From an uncultured Acidobacteriota bacterium (GTDB lineage Bacteria > Acidobacteriota > Vicinamibacteria > Vicinamibacterales > JAKQTR01), in the NCBI GenBank assembly GCA_963695795.1, contig CAVOHU010000002.1, positions 341,565-405,564 on the forward strand: DNA of 64,000 nt, given 5' to 3'. The stretch's first letter is position 1, and each line of letters starts with the position of its first letter. Below the pieces are notes generated by a model, which did no database searches, was not told the origin of the DNA, and saw only the letters and a program-made list of their open reading frames with translations. A program made the position numbers and the translations under genes. Positions 27,406-37,757 of this stretch are shown in pieces.

Positions 27406-28680
27406 GTGCAGACAACCCGTCGCGCGTTCCTGCGCACCGCCACTGCGGGCGCCGCCGTCCCGTTCCTGGCGCCGCGCGTGCTCGACACGCTCGAGCGCCG
27501 CCTCGAGGTCTTCCGCCATCCCGCGCCGCAGGCCGCGGCGGCCGACGAGGCGTTTTGGAGCGAGATTCGACCGCTGTTTCCGAAGTACGCCTACATCAAC
27601 CTCGAGAACGGCTATTCGAGCCCCGAGCCGGCCGTCACCTTCGACGCCTTTCAGCGTCACCAGCGGGACATCAACGGCGGCCTCTCGTTCTACATGCGGC
27701 GGAAGAAGGCCGCTGATGACGCGGCGGTGAAGGCGCAACTCGCCCAACTGGCGGGCGTCCCACCCGAAGAGCTCGTCATCACCCGCAACACCACGGAATC
27801 GCTGGGCACGGTCACCCACGGCATCGACCTCGCGCCGGGCGATGAAGCGGTGATGTGCGACCAGGACTACGGGTCGATGCTGGAGCAGTTCCGCCAGCAG
27901 TCGCGCCGCCGCGGCCTCACGTGCGTCGAGATCGCCATCCCGCTCCACCCGAACGACGACCAGGAGATGGTCGACACTTACGCGAAGGCGATCACGCGGC
28001 GCACGAAGCTGCTGCTGGTTTCGCACATGGTGAACATCACCGGGCAGATTCTTCCGGTGCGCAAGATCGCCGACATGGCGCACGCGCGCGGTGTCGCGGT
28101 CATCGTCGACGCGGCGCACTCGTTCGCCCACGTGAACTTCACCCTTCCGGAACTCGATGGCGACTACCTGGGCGCAAGCCTGCACAAGTGGCTGTGCACG
28201 CCCCTCGGAGCCGGGCTGCTCCACATCAAGAAGGATAAAATCAAGACGGTGTGGCCGCTCTTCGGCGACACGGTGAGAGCCGAGGACGACATCCAGAAAC
28301 TGGAGCGGATTGGGACGCACCCCGTGTGGACGACGCTCGCGATTGGAGATGCGATCCGTTTCCACCTGATGATCGGCGCGGCGCGCAAGGAAGCGCGGCT
28401 TCGCTACCTGCAGCAGTATTGGACCGACAAGGTGCGGGGGATGCCGAAGGTGTACCTGAACACGCCGACGGGCACGCGCGCGTGCGGGATTGCCAACGTC
28501 GGCATCACGGGAATGACGCCGGCGGCGCTCGCGACGGCGCTCTTCGACTCCTATGACATCTTCACCGTGGCGATCGACACGGCGGCCGTAAAGGGCACGC
28601 GTGTCACGCCGCACCTCTATACGACGACGACCGAACTGGACGCCCTGGTGAAGGCGGTAGGCAAACTGGCGCGAGGATAG
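27406..28680 (+). CDS. Tat-signal-bearing class V aminotransferase-fold PLP enzyme (isopenicillin-N-epimerase/cysteine-desulfurase-like)
   Basis: 'MQTTRRAFLRTATAGAAVPFLAP' is a twin-arginine signal. 'VDAAHSFAHV' and 'ASLHKWLCTPLGAGLL' include the PLP lysine region. Confidence 0.8.
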   Translation: MQTTRRAFLRTATAGAAVPFLAPRVLDTLERRLEVFRHPAPQAAAADEAFWSEIRPLFPKYAYINLENGYSSPEPAVTFDAFQRHQRDINGGLSFYMRRKKAADDAAVKAQLAQLAGVPPEELVITRNTTESLGTVTHGIDLAPGDEAVMCDQDYGSMLEQFRQQSRRRGLTCVEIAIPLHPNDDQEMVDTYAKAITRRTKLLLVSHMVNITGQILPVRKIADMAHARGVAVIVDAAHSFAHVNFTLPELDGDYLGASLHKWLCTPLGAGLLHIKKDKIKTVWPLFGDTVRAEDDIQKLERIGTHPVWTTLAIGDAIRFHLMIGAARKEARLRYLQQYWTDKVRGMPKVYLNTPTGTRACGIANVGITGMTPAALATALFDSYDIFTVAIDTAAVKGTRVTPHLYTTTTELDALVKAVGKLARG

Positions 28681-28761
28681 AACGGCTGCGGTATCGGCCG
28701 GGCCGGAGGGCTCGGCGTGGCCCGCGGCACAGGCACAAATGCGCGACGACGGAGGAGCGAG

Positions 28762-29163
28762 ATGCGAAACCCAGCGATACGGACGATAGCGGCGGGCGCT
28801 CTGATCATGGCGGTGTTGCTGGCCGTCCCCGCGGCGCAGACGGCCCAGGCAAAGGTCGACGTGACCGGCATCTGGGCGTTCGAGGTGCAGACGGAAAACG
28901 GCACCGGCACGCCAACGGTGACTTTCAAACAGGACGGCGAGAAGCTGACGGGCCACTACTCGTCGCAGTTTCTCGGGGAGGCGGAGCTCAGCGGGACGGT
29001 GAAGGGCCAGTCGATCGAGTTCGTCGTCGCCGCCAGCGTCCAGGGCAACGCGATCGAACTCTCGTTCACCGGCACCATCGAGAACAAGGACGCGATGAAG
29101 GGCAAGGTCTCGCTCGCCGGCATGGGCGAAGGCACCTTCACCGGCAAACGCAAGCCGTCATAG
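28762..29163 (+). CDS. Small secreted hypothetical protein
   Basis: The signal peptide is MRNPAIRTIAAGALIMAVLLAVPAAQTAQA. The rest is beta-rich ('TFKQDGEKLTGHY..GTFTGKR'). No family is assigned. Confidence 0.5.
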   Translation: MRNPAIRTIAAGALIMAVLLAVPAAQTAQAKVDVTGIWAFEVQTENGTGTPTVTFKQDGEKLTGHYSSQFLGEAELSGTVKGQSIEFVVAASVQGNAIELSFTGTIENKDAMKGKVSLAGMGEGTFTGKRKPS

Positions 29164-29214
29164 CCCGCTGTCGAAGCGTCCGGCGGCGGCGGTATGCGCC
29201 CCCACGCGTTTCGC

Positions 29215-29755
29215 GTCAGTGCTTCGCCGGCTCGGTCTTCGGCGGCGTCTTCGCCTCGTCCTTCTTCAGGTACGGCACCCCGTCGCTCAGCCACTTCGGC
29301 GCCGGCGCGCCCTTCAGGTAGTGATCGAAGAACTCCATGAACCGCACCGTCAGGTCCTTCTGGTTCGCCAGGCCGCCGAGGTGGTGTCCCTCGTTCGGAT
29401 ACGCCAGCAGCACGGCCTTCTTCCCGTTGTAGCGGAGCGCGTTGTAGAACGCGAGACCGTTGATGAAGCCGACGGTCGGGTCTGAGGTGCCGTGCATGAT
29501 CAGGAACGGCGCGACCGCTTTCGGCGCCCACGTGAGCGCGGACTCGTTGCGATACCGATCGGGCTGGTCCCACGGCGAGAAGCCCCAGCGCCCCTGGTCG
29601 TAGAGGTAGTACTGGAACGCCGTGTCGCCGCTGCCGCCCTGGGCTCGCATACGACCAGCCCCAGTTCATGGCGAAATCGTTGTAGAGATCGACCACGCCC
29701 GCGCCCATGCCGACCGCGGCGAACATCTTCGACATCGTCCCCACGTAGGCCGCGC
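29215..29755. repeat. Copy 2 of the 540-bp direct duplication
   Basis: See copy 1. This copy sits inside the full-length S9 gene. Confidence 0.85.
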
Positions 29756-32337
29756 CCTCGCCGCCGTAGCTGTGCCCGGTGACGCCGATACGCTTCGGGT
29801 CCGCGTAGCCCATCTCGATCACCTTGCGCGTGCCCGCCTCGACGCATTCCAGCATGTCGCTGTGCGACGAGCCGGTGCGGAAGTGCACGTCCGGCATCAT
29901 CGTCAGGTAGCCGTCGCTCGATGGCCTGCGTGGGCATCCGGCCCATGCTGACCATGTAGACCGGCGGCGTGTAGACGTGCATGTTCTGCGAGTTCTTCTC
30001 GTAGAAGGTGACGATCATCGGCCGCTTCTCGCCCGGCTTGTAGTCGTCGGGCACCGCCAGGATGCCCTGCAGCCGCACGCCGTCCTTGTTCTTGAAGTCG
30101 AACAGCACGCGGTGGCCCCACAGGAAGTCCTTCTGCTGGGGATTGGCGTCGGTGATCTTCTTCGAATCGGCGAACCCCGGGCCCGAGACCCGCAGGTCGG
30201 GGAACTCGACGAAGGTCTGCCGCGTGAAGAGGAACCGTTCGGCCTTGCGCGCCTTCACCGGCGTGCTGAACGACGCGTCCTCGTAGACGAGTTCCTTCAG
30301 CTGTCCGCCGGCAAGCTCGTAGAAGCCGGCCTTCTTCGTCCACTGGCCGTAGGCCGACAGGGTGACTGGCTTGGTGAGGTCGAACGTCCCGCGAGGCCCG
30401 ACGGCGCGAGGCGACGCTCGGATCCACCGGCTCGGTCCGGACGAGGCGGAAACGCATCTCGTTCTTGCTGCCGAGGCCGCCCGTCAGATTCGTGGGCGCC
30501 GAGCCGTCGAGCGGGAGCAGCCACAGGTCGTAGCGGTGGTTGACGATGACGGACTTGCCGTCGCTGGTGTAGCCGGCGATGCCGTACGACGGCCTGATTC
30601 CCGGGTGGTCGTCTTCCACATCGATGAAGCTCACCGGCGGCTTCGCGACGCCGAGCGTCCGCGTGGCGTTGGCCTCGAGGTCGTAGACCTGGAACTTGCT
30701 GTCCTTCCAGTAGAGGAAGTGCGCGCCGTGAGGCGAGATGCCGAAGACGTGACGGCCGGTCAGTTGTCCCTTGGCGATCAGCGTCCGCTCGCCTGTGGCG
30801 GTGTTCACGCGGTAGAAGTCGGCGGCCGGCTCCTTCTTCTGGTCGGCGAGGTAGGCGCGTGCGTCGCGCCCGACGGCCCACTTGCCGTCCGGCGCGATGT
30901 CGAGATCTCTCATCGTGTCGTCGGTGAGCCTGACGAACCGTTTCGCCGGCACGTCGAACGCCTGGCGGAAGGTGAAGTTCCGGTCCTGGTTCGCCCGGTT
31001 CATCTGCAGCGACTGCACCCGATCGTCCGAGGTGTTCCACACGTCCACGTCGGCGGCCTCGTCGGTCGTCCGCCGCGTGGTGTCCGGCGTGGCGACCTGT
31101 TCCTTGATCCCGAAGAAGACGCGCTTGTTGTCCTCGCTCCAGGCCAGTGTCGCGCGGTCGCTGACGACCCAGCCCTTGGGGAAGTTGTCGGCTTTGGCTG
31201 GCTGCGAGGACGACGGGCGCCGGCACGGAGGCACCCTCCTTCAGCGCCGCCGCGACGTCCGGGAACGCGAGGAGCACGTTGTCGCGCTCGCGCATCTTCT
31301 CGACGTCGCTTCCCTTGAGCACGGCGATGGCGTTGCCGTCCTCGTTCCACGTCGAGCCGGTTGTAGCTCTTCGCGTCGCTGTCGAGCGCGGTCGTCCGCC
31401 CGGTGCGCGTGTCGAAGACGAAGAGGCCGTTGACGTCCTTCACGGCCGCGTCCACGGTGTAGGCGAGCAGTTCGCCCGTGCGGTTGAACGCGATGTCGGC
31501 CACGCTGCCGAGCAACTGCTGGCGTCCCGTCCGAAGGTCGAGCAGGATGGCATCGACTCCGCGCGGTGCTGCCGGCGCGCCAGCGGCTGCGGCGGCCTGT
31601 CCCGTCCCGCCTGGCGGCTGACCTCCCGGCGCGCCACCGCCGCCACGCCCGCCCGCGGCTGGTGCGGCCTCTCCGCCACGCCGGCGGAGGAACATGTGAG
31701 TGGACGTCGCGTTGAAGGCGAACGTCCCGATGTCCTGCCACGATTGCACTTCGCCGGTCGCCAGGTTGCGCAACTCGACGCGCCGGGGTGGGATGGCCGG
31801 CGCCCCGCCTCCCCTGCCTTGCCCTGAGCTTGTCGAAGGGCCCTGCCCTGAGCCCGACTGCGCTCCACCTTGCCCGGTTGGCGCAGCACCTTGCCCCGAC
31901 GGCGCGGTCTGGGATTGACCGGCGCCGGGTGGCGCCGCGGCTCCGGCTCCTCCTCGGCCGCCGCGTCCTCGCTGGGCGGCGCCCGGGTCCACCTGGTAGG
32001 CCAGCCACTTGGAATCCGGGGAGAACGTGCCATCGGTGGCGTCGGCCACCGTCACTTCCGCGCCGTTCTCGAGGTTCAGCAGATGAAGGACCGGCTTGGC
32101 CTCGGCGGCGACGACGTTGGTCGTCTGCAGCGTGTAGACAACCCACTTCCCGTCCCCCGAGATGGCCTGGCGCTCGATGCTGCGCCACTTGGTGTAGTCG
32201 TCGATGGTCATCGCCTTCTTCGCCGGGGCTTGCGCCCCTGGTACCGCGTAGGCGGTAACGAGCGAGCCGGCCAGCAGGAGGACGAAGAGGATGAGGCGGC
32301 GGGGCGAGGCTGGGCGCGTTAGGGCGGTCATCTTCAT
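29216..32337 (-). pseudogene. S9 (prolyl oligopeptidase/dipeptidyl-peptidase family) secreted peptidase, reading frame broken at least 5 times
   Basis: The signal peptide is [31 protein letters not shown]. It has propeller motifs ('SGDGKWVVY', 'SPDSKWLAY', 'APDGKWAV'), the nucleophile 'VTGHSYGGEG', and 'HGTSDP' and 'NEGHH'. The protein can only be read by hopping between five listed ORFs. Frame breaks lie near 31348, 31218, 30420, 29918 and 29643. Confidence 0.75.
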
Positions 32338-32514
32338 GTCGGGTTCCTTCAGACGGCCGTTCTGCGCCACCGCGGCGCTGACGGCATGAGTCGCGGTGCA
32401 TTCTACAGCGAGGAGCCGTCTCGCGTGTTCGGTGGTGGCCGGAGTGGGCACCAGCCGCGGGGCTATGCCGGACGGGGCACTTGGAGTAGAGTCGGGGCCT
32501 ACAAGGAGATCAAC

Positions 32515-34479
32515 ATGGGCAGGACCTTCCGGACGCTGATGATCTCAGCGGCGCTCGGCGCCGTTGTTGCCGTGTCACTGCTCGCCCAGCGCGGCGCGCC
32601 GATGACCGATGCCGCCAAGGCGGAGCGCTGGCAGATCGAGAACGAGCTGGCCTCGCTCGCCATCATCGAGCGCAAAGTGATGATTCCGATGCGCGACGGG
32701 ATCCGCATCCCCGCCGATATCTACCGTCCGAAGGACACGTCCAGGAAGTACCCGATCATCTGGGTCCGCACACCCTACAACTTCAACTACTGGGACGTGG
32801 CCAACGGCGTTCCACGCAACATGACCGCCGCGCTGACGGCGGTCAAGCACGGCTACGCGTGGGTCGACATGCAGGAGCGCGGCCAGTTCTTTGCCGAGGG
32901 CGAGTGGGACGTGCTCGGCGCCCCCTTGAGCGACGGCGATGACGAGATCAACTGGATGACGTCGCGGCCGTGGTCCAACGGCAAGGTGGGCACGACCGGC
33001 TGTTCGTCGACCGCCGAGTGGCAGCTCGCCGTGGTGGCGCTCAACAATCCGGGCTATGCGGCGTTCAACGCCCAGGGGTTTGGCTGCGGTGTGGGACGCA
33101 TCGGCCCCTACTACGAGCAGGGCAACTGGTACCGGGGCGGCGCGTTCATGATGTACAACCTCACGTGGTTCTACACGAACCAGAAACCGCAGCACCCGAC
33201 GTTTCCGTCGAACCTGTCGCAGCAGGATCTCGTCCGCCTGTCGAAGTCGTGGGACCTGGCGGCGCGCCTGCCGCCGGTGGACTGGTGGAAGACGGGGTAC
33301 TGGATTCTCCCCGTGCAGGACATCCTCCGGAAGCTGGACGGCATGAACGGCCCCTTCGCCGATCCGATCTCGGTCGGCAGCGGCGGCGAGATGATCAAGC
33401 GCACGCCGAACGACCCGAGGTGGTACAAGGGCGCCCTCTGGCACGACAACATGCGGGTCAACGTGCCGGGACTCTGGTACATGTCGTACTACGACATCGC
33501 CATCGGACCCAACCTCGAGACGTACAACTTCGTCCGGAAGACCGCGAAGGGAGCGGCCGCCAACCAGCAGTGGGCGATCATCGCGCCGGTCGGACACTGC
33601 GCGTTCACCCGCGCGACCGAGCACACGATCGTCGGTGAGCGCGACATGGGCGACGCGCGGCTTCCCTATCAGGACCTCATGTACCAGTTCTTCGACCTCA
33701 CGCTCAAAGGGGCCGACAACGGCGCGATGGACAAGATGGCCAGGGTCACCTACTACACGATGGGGATCAACAAGTGGAACACCTCGGACACGTGGCCGCC
33801 GAAGGGCGCGGAGCCGATGACGTTCTTCCTGTCGAGCGGGGGCAACGCCAACACGCTGAACGGCGACGGGGCTCTGGTCCTTGCGCCGCCCTCTGCCGAC
33901 AGACCGGACCGCTTCACCTACGATCCGATGGACCCGGTCCCGACACGCGGAGGCTACCGCGTGACGAGCGATCCCGCGGGGCTCGGCGGCTCGTTCGACC
34001 AGCGCAAGATCGAAGAGCGGCCTGACGTCCTGGTCTACACGAGCGAGCCGTTCAAGGTAGGCGTCGAGGTGACCGGCCCGATGGTGCCGACGCTGTACGT
34101 CTCGTCGGACGCGAAGGACACGGACTTCACCGTGAAGATCATCGACGTGTATCCCGACGGCCGGGCCTACAACCTCGACGAGTCGATCCAGCGGATGCGT
34201 TATCGCGACGGCTACGACAAGCCGCAGGTCTGGATGGAGCCGGGAAAGGTGGCCAAGGTCACCTTTCAGCCGCTGGCGACCAGCAACTTCTTCGACGTCG
34301 GGCACCGGCTGCGCGTGGAAATCAGCAGCAGCAGCTTCCCGCTCTACGAGCGCAACCTCAATACGGGCGGACGCAACTTCGACGAGGTGAAAGGCGTCGT
34401 GGCGCACAACCAGGTGCACCACTCGGCGACCTATCCCTCGTCGCTGACCGTGACCGTCGTGAAGCGCCAGGGTCGCTAG
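32515..34479 (+). CDS. CocE/NonD-family (S15 X-Pro dipeptidyl-peptidase-like) hydrolase, secreted
   Basis: AAGGAG precedes the ATG at 32515 by about 8 nt. It has a signal peptide. '[23 protein letters not shown]' and the C-terminal jelly-roll '[19 protein letters not shown]' are typical of CocE/NonD. Confidence 0.85.
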   Translation: MGRTFRTLMISAALGAVVAVSLLAQRGAPMTDAAKAERWQIENELASLAIIERKVMIPMRDGIRIPADIYRPKDTSRKYPIIWVRTPYNFNYWDVANGVPRNMTAALTAVKHGYAWVDMQERGQFFAEGEWDVLGAPLSDGDDEINWMTSRPWSNGKVGTTGCSSTAEWQLAVVALNNPGYAAFNAQGFGCGVGRIGPYYEQGNWYRGGAFMMYNLTWFYTNQKPQHPTFPSNLSQQDLVRLSKSWDLAARLPPVDWWKTGYWILPVQDILRKLDGMNGPFADPISVGSGGEMIKRTPNDPRWYKGALWHDNMRVNVPGLWYMSYYDIAIGPNLETYNFVRKTAKGAAANQQWAIIAPVGHCAFTRATEHTIVGERDMGDARLPYQDLMYQFFDLTLKGADNGAMDKMARVTYYTMGINKWNTSDTWPPKGAEPMTFFLSSGGNANTLNGDGALVLAPPSADRPDRFTYDPMDPVPTRGGYRVTSDPAGLGGSFDQRKIEERPDVLVYTSEPFKVGVEVTGPMVPTLYVSSDAKDTDFTVKIIDVYPDGRAYNLDESIQRMRYRDGYDKPQVWMEPGKVAKVTFQPLATSNFFDVGHRLRVEISSSSFPLYERNLNTGGRNFDEVKGVVAHNQVHHSATYPSSLTVTVVKRQGR

Positions 34480-34559
34480 CGAATCGGAGCGGTGGGCGGC
34501 AACGACCGCATTCGCCAACGTGCGGGCCATCGGACCCGCGCGTCTTCCAGGAGGCAGTG

Positions 34560-35909
34560 ATGAAGAGTCGGATCACGATAGGCACGACCGTGTTCCTGGT
34601 CCTTGCGCTCACCGCGTCCGCGTTCGCGGCCGGACCGCTTCTGTTCGACAAGGCGGAGTACGCTGCCCGCCGTTCCAGACTGATCGAGAAGATACCCGAT
34701 GGTGCGGTGATACTGCTCGGGGCGACTCCCGCCACCGGTTACCTCGAATTCGTCCAGAACAACGACATGATGTACTTCGCGGGGGTGGAGATCCCTGCCG
34801 CCGCCCTCATCATCGACGGTCGATCGAAGACGAGCACGCTCTTCTTCACCATCACCGACAGCGGCGCCCGCAACGAAGGCATCAGCCTGGACCTGGTCCA
34901 CAACGCCGCGGCCGTCACCGGCATCGAGCGCGTGTCCCCCATCGACCAGTTCACGCCGGCCCTCTCCCGGCTGGCAGGCTCGGGTGCCGTCCTCTACACC
35001 TCCTTCAAGCCCGAGGAACTGGCCCGCGAGAGCTCGGCCGAGAAGTTGGGCATCGTGCAGAACGCTACGACCCTCAACCTGTGGGACGGCCGCCTGACCC
35101 GCGAACTGCAGTTCGTCAAGAACCTCCACGAGCGGTTCCCCCAGGCCGCGGTCAGAGACGCTGCGCCCTTCATCTGGGCGCTCCGATCGATCAAGTCGCC
35201 GGCTGAAATCGCCCAGCTGCGCAAAGTCGGCCGCCTCGGCGTGGAGGCGCACAAGGCGATGATGCGGGCCACCAGGGTCGGGGCTCCCGAATACGAGATG
35301 TCGGCCGCCTTCGACTACGCCTCCAAGAAGGCCGGCGCGCGCGATCTGGCCTACAACGTTATTATCAGCTCGGCCGAGAACCACCCCTACCTGCACTACT
35401 ACCGCCACGACCGCGTGCTGAAGGCCGGGGACTTCATCGTCGTCGATGCCGGGCCGACGCTGGACTACTACGTCGTGGACATCTCGGCGTCCTACCCGGC
35501 CGACGGCAAGTTCACGCCGCGCCAGCGTGAAATCTACGAAGCCGCCCTGGCGATCCAGGAAGCCTGCAAGGCCGTGTACCGCCCGGGAATCGAGGCCAAA
35601 GACGTCCAGCCCCTGGTCCTCGAGATCCTGAAGAAGAAGGGCTTCAACATCGACAAGGACCTGTTCAAGATCCGGACGATGCAGACGGGCATGAGCCACA
35701 ACGTGGGCATGGCGGTTCACGACGTCACCGCCGGGCCGCGCGGTCCGCTTCGGCCGGGCATGGTGTTCGCGTGCGACATCTACGCCGTCTTCCCCGGCGA
35801 AGATCTTGGCGTGCGGGTCGAAGACACGATCGTCATCACGGAAACGGGCTGCGAGAATCTGACGCCGGGCCTGCCCCGGACCGTCGCCGAGATCGAAGCC
35901 TTCATGAAG
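34560..35909 (+). CDS. M24-family Xaa-Pro aminopeptidase (secreted); no in-frame stop at the expected end
   Basis: AGGAGG lies 5 nt upstream of the ATG at 34560. It has a signal peptide. The pita-bread metal ligands are 'FIVVDAGPTLDYYVVDIS', 'SHNVGMAVHD' and 'VRVEDTIVITETGCENLT'. The family normally ends near '..AEIEAFMK', but here the frame stays open into the next domain. Confidence 0.8.
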
Positions 35910-35954
35910 GGCGCGGAGAGGCCGGGTGAGGAGGCCGCCGCGGGGCCGGCCGTG

Positions 35955-37680
35955 ATGTCGAATATCCCCGTGTCCGCGGCTGCCGGCGCGTTGGCAGCGG
36001 GCACCAGCTCGGCGGACGGGCGCCAGACCCCGCCGCCGCGTCCTCCCATCGTCGTGCCCGTGATCACGGCGCCGGCGGGTTCCGGGGCGGTCGAGCAGGT
36101 GGCGCCCGGCACCAGGCCGGGAGCGACAATCGTCGCGAGCTTCGACGGCCTCGGCTCTGGATTCGAAGGGCCGCAGGGCACGGCCACCCTCCGCAACCCG
36201 TCCGACAACAGCCTCGCGGTCGGGCCCGATCACATCGTCCAGACCGTCAACTCACGGATGGCGATCTTCACGAAGAAGGGCCGCCGGTTCGGCGACGACT
36301 GGCCGGGCGCTGTACGGCCCGGTGCCGACCAACAATGTCTTCCGCGGTTTCGGCGGGACGTGCGAAACGACGAACAACGGAGATGCGGTCGTACGCTACG
36401 ACCAGCTGGCCAACCGGTGGCTGATCGTCATGCCCATTTTCCGCCGCGGCGCGGTGCGGCCCGACGCGCCGGGGGAATGGAAGAGCGGCGACACCGTGTA
36501 CCTCAGCCCTCCGGGACGGCCCGGTCAGCCAGGCCCCGCGGTGGCGCTGTTCCAGCCTCCGAAACCAGAACCAGCCCCACCCGCGCAGCCCGGCCAGCCA
36601 GGCGCGCCTCCCGCCGGTCGAGCCGGCCGTGGCGCAGGCGCTGACGCCCCGAAGGGGCCGTACTCCATGTGCTACGCGATCAGCACGGGGACCGACCCGC
36701 TCGGTCCGTACTACCGGTACGAATTCCTGCGCCCGCTCTTTCCCGACTACCCACGGCCGGCCGTCTGGCCGGACGGCTACTACGTGCCGACGAGCACCGG
36801 CGACAACCGGATCTCGGAGACCGTCGCGACCGAGAAGCACGCGTGCGTGGTCGACCGCGCGCGGATGCTGAAGGGCGAGCCCGCCACCGAGCAGTGCGTG
36901 GTGATACACAACGTCGGCTTCCTGAACAATGCCGATCTCGACGGCACGGCGCTGCCGCCGCCCGGCGCGCCGAACATCATGATGGCCGCCGGCGGCACAC
37001 AACTCGACAAGCGGCTCGAGGCCGACACGATTGACGTGTGGGAATTCCACGTGGACTGGACGACGCCCGCGAACACGAAAGTGACCGGGCCGAAGCCTGT
37101 GGCGGTGGCGCCGTATCACTACCTGTGCGACGGCCAGCTCACGCACTGCGTGCCGCAGCCGGGCACCGAGTCGCGTCTCGACGCGCAGGGCGACAAGATC
37201 ATGTCGCGCCTGGTGTACCGCCGGATCGGCGCCCGCGAGTCGATCGTGGCCGTGCACTCGGTGAACACGACGGCCGGCGCAGGCGGCGTGCGCTGGTACG
37301 AATTCATCGTGGGCAGCGACCGGCGCGTGAGCCTCCACCAGCAGGGCACTTACGCGCCCGACGGGTTCTTCCGGTGGATGGCGAGCCCGGCCATCGATGC
37401 AAGGGGGAACATCGCGATCGGCTACTCGTTCGGCGGCACACCGAACTTCGCCGGCCAACGAGTCGCCGGCCGCCTGGCCAGCGACCCGCCCGGCCGCCTG
37501 ACCCTGCGCGAGACCGTGCTCGTTGCGGGCGAGGGCGTGCAGAACGCGATGCGGTGGGAGGACTACACGGCGACAGCAATGGACCCGTCCGACGACCGGA
37601 CGATCTGGTATGTCGGTGACTACGTCAAGCAGGGAGCGACGGCCTACTCCACGAGAATCGCCGCCTTCAGGCTCCAGTGA
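35955..37680 (+). pseudogene. Conserved-looking hypothetical protein (about 570 aa), in frame with the M24 gene upstream and with one frame break near 36300
   Basis: '..FDGLGSGFEGPQGTATLRNPSDNSLAVGPDHIVQTVNSRMAIFTKKG' (ORF 34557-36644) continues as 'LYGPVPTNNVFRGFGGTCETTNNGDAVVRYDQLANRWLIV..' in ORF 36322-37680 after a 1-nt shift. I recognise no family. It contains a Pro/Gly/Ala-rich insert. Confidence 0.55.
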
Positions 37681-37757
37681 GCCTGGCTCGTAATTCGATT
37701 TGCGGTCCGTCGGTTGTCCCCCGTTCGGGCCGAGCTCTGAGAAGGAGCGACAGCCCT

